64,000 nucleotides of DNA, from the NCBI GenBank assembly GCA_973895155.1, contig OZ316898.1, positions 5,133,079 to 5,197,078 on the forward strand, written 5' to 3'. Both the position numbers and the translations under genes were made by a program. Below the pieces are notes generated by a model. That model saw only the letters and a program-made list of their open reading frames with translations, was not told the origin of the DNA and made no database searches. This document shows positions 61,452-64,000 of the stretch, in pieces (position 1 is the stretch's first letter; every line of letters begins with the position of its first letter). The stretch is from Marsupella aquatica. Its lineage: Eukaryota > Plantae > Marchantiophyta.

Positions 61452-62086
61452 AGAATATGAATAGAGAATATATTTGATAATTCTTTTATTGTCTTCTCCG
61501 CTATTCACTTTCAAAGAAGGGGTAGTCGGGGCTAATTAGATTAGTACTTACCCAACACGGAAACCCAGCAAAAGACTGCATGTGGGCCGTCGAGTTAAGA
61601 ATGTAGCTCCATGGGGTCCATTAAGGCTAACTTTACAAGACATCATTCTACACAATTGTGACTTTTCCTCACCACTAGAGGGTCACCAAGAATCTCTTGA
61701 AAGTCAAGACATAATAAGCACTCCACATTATTTAGCATTTTCTTGGGCCCACTCTTTCCATGTGGAACATAGTTGAACACCGTACCTGAATGAGCATGAC
61801 TCTTGTAAGTCAACTGGAACCTTTCCATTCATCATACCATCCAGATTAATCTTACAATGGGCCCTGGACTAGATATCTTATAAAGTTAGTTTCAAAAGCT
61901 AGAAATGAAGCAGGAATCAACATGTTGGCCGAATTGATCCGAATATCCCAATTAATCCGAATATCCGAAAAGCCAAAAATCTAATAAAGGCGGAAAACAA
62001 ACGACAATTTTGGGAAGATCTAAGAGCCTAGAAGCCATAGGGCCAAAAAAACTGTTATTATAAACTGGAAGGTACGTGTTCCTTCT

Positions 62087-62308
62087 CTGCAGAGCCCAAA
62101 CTGCTTCATCTGGATATTAATTTTAAGGTTGATGAAAATACTTTCGTAATGTTCAAGTCACTGCAGAGCCCAAACTGCTTCATCTGGGTATTAATTTTAA
62201 GGTTGATGAAAATACTTTCGTAATGTTCAAGTCACTGCAGAGCCCAAACTGCTTCATCTGGGTATTAATTTTAAGGTTGATGAAAATACTTTCGTAATGT
62301 TCAAGTCA
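62087..62308. repeat. 75-bp tandem repeat x3
   Basis: CTGCAGAGCCCAAACTGCTTCATCTGG...AATGTTCAAGTCA starting at about 62087, 62161 and 62235 (period 74-75 bp). Confidence 0.9.
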
Positions 62309-63159
62309 GTATCACTAAATAACATCCATATTGTTTTGATTTGTTTTGGCATGAAAGTACAGTAGCTCAAAAGTTGAGTAATCTTTTTGAATCTTTCAAA
62401 AAGATCTTTCAAGGCAACCGAAAAAAAAAGTTGAGTGATCTCAGTTTTTCCTTTCAATGGGTTCTCTTGTTTTGTTTGCTGGCGGACAATTAATAATGAA
62501 GTCGAACGAAGACGGGTCAATCTTCAGTACATATGTGCTTCAGCTGGGTTTTTGTTTGATTCGTCATCTGGCGGCAACCTTGTAGTCAGATAATTATCAA
62601 ACTCATCTCAGTAAAATGTACGTGACCAAGTCTGGCGTACATCCGTGTATCAGAGATGATATGGAACGGGATGACTGAATTAAGGTTTAGACTGACTCCA
62701 CCGGAGTGGCATGGGGGCCAAGGTTGATCTCCTAACGAGGATGCTCGATCGATGTTTACATGGTCGGCTCTTCTGGAAAGTGGAAACCTTCCTGGAGGCG
62801 GCTTTCTGGAAAACCGTTATACTTCCCGACCTCGTGCGTGGACTCAGGGCCCAAGAGAATCTAAACGGACAAAACTGCAATTGTACTACTGTGACATTGG
62901 AATACTCTTGGGCCCTGAGTCACAAGTCGTAGAATGCTTAATAGGAAGCTTCCACTTGTCATATGCTAGGCTCGGATCGAGTCCAAGCTTAAGCCTGATC
63001 GTCCTGTGGACAAAGCAAGGGCTGCATATGATTTTGGAGGGGACTGTACAAGCCAGGGCATCATTCTTGCTAGTACATACTCGACAAACTAGTAAATATA
63101 TGCTATAGATTAGCAAGTTATCTGTTCAAGACATTTGGAACGTCCACTATCTTTCTGAT

Positions 63160-63316
63160 CTAAATTCATGAATTGGTTGGCCAAGTACTGATTTCAGTAC
63201 AACCCAGCTCCAATGAAAATCGTGTTGAAAGTATTAGCCTAAATTCATGAATTGTTTGGCCAAGTACTGATTTCAGTACAACCTAGCTCCAATGATGTGT
63301 TGAAAGTATTAGCCTC
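63160..63316. repeat. Tandem duplication of about 79 bp
   Basis: CTAAATTCATGAATTG..TGGCCAAGTACTGATTTCAGTACAACC...GAAAGTATTAGCCT occurs twice. Confidence 0.85.
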
Positions 63317-64000
63317 TGCACTAAATTCAACTGGATGTTGCAACTGTCAGCAGCTCTTATTCAGGACACCGTCGCCAACAGGAAGAAGAGCATCAAAATA
63401 TACTATGGTAGTATCTTCCATCATAAGTTTGAACGGCCATGTATTATAGCGAAGGTGCTCTTGACTGACTGATAAGAACGATTTATCCATTCAACTGGTC
63501 TTCTTTTGAGGAGAGCAGACAGTCGGCTGGAAAACTGTCAAACGCAATGAGTAGATAGAAGAATTTCAACTTCGTACGTATAGACCGAATTCCACAAGCC
63601 GTCTCCTGTAGGGCCCCTTATTTACGACGGGGAGATCGATCATATACTCTTTTGCTTACATTTTGGCAGTGAGTGTCCTGGCATCTAGTTCAGGCTTTCG
63701 GCACTTCGTTCGGAGTGGTGTGTGGGGGTTTGAGGGTGGGTTTAGGGTTTCATTCTCCTCTCCCTTCTCTTAATTCCTCGATCTTTTGCTCGTCCTTTTG
63801 GGACCTGCGCGTCTTGTTTCCTTTGATTCCCTTTCGTCAGGTTTTTTTCCTTTCGGTTTTGAGCTTCCTTCAGCCGCTTCTTTTCTGGCTTTGGTTGCTC
63901 TAGCTGTACCTCAGTCTCCTTGTTTTGCACCGAGTCACACTCAAAATTTCTATTGGGTTTCTTCTATCGAGTTATCACAATAAAGAATACCGGGTATTGG

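Noticed and set aside
61500-64000. Possible host gene at the window end
   Set aside because: Only short ORFs and local duplications. Nothing supportable.

Overview
Eukaryotic DNA, most likely from a non-seed land plant (inference). The window is almost entirely a nest of transposable elements, and I recognise no ordinary host gene. The nesting can be resolved from terminal repeats and target-site duplications (TSDs). An old Sola-like (DUF7869-type) DNA transposon spans about 24.4-54.7 kb and hosts four insertions. (1) A minus-strand LTR element (<1-24393; Arg-type PBS, truncated gag, RPA-like OB-fold, long antisense ORF), which is itself split by an intact-looking 17-kb CACTA element (3399-20456, TSD TGT). 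(2) A 1.15-kb non-coding insert. (3) A 19.5-kb Ty3/gypsy element (33282-52783, TSD CTGAG) with 4-kb LTRs, itself carrying a CACTA fragment and a 3.6-kb solo LTR. (4) A hAT-type MITE. Two systems stand out. First, upstream of its transposase the CACTA carries a co-oriented cassette of open, host-like modules: an EDM2-type PHD reader, a tandem Pol-lambda-like BRCT protein and an F-box-like protein. Second, two different LTR families encode a large protein inside the LTR itself, and a third element carries a homologue in antisense. Protein-family calls come from remembered motifs, not database searches.
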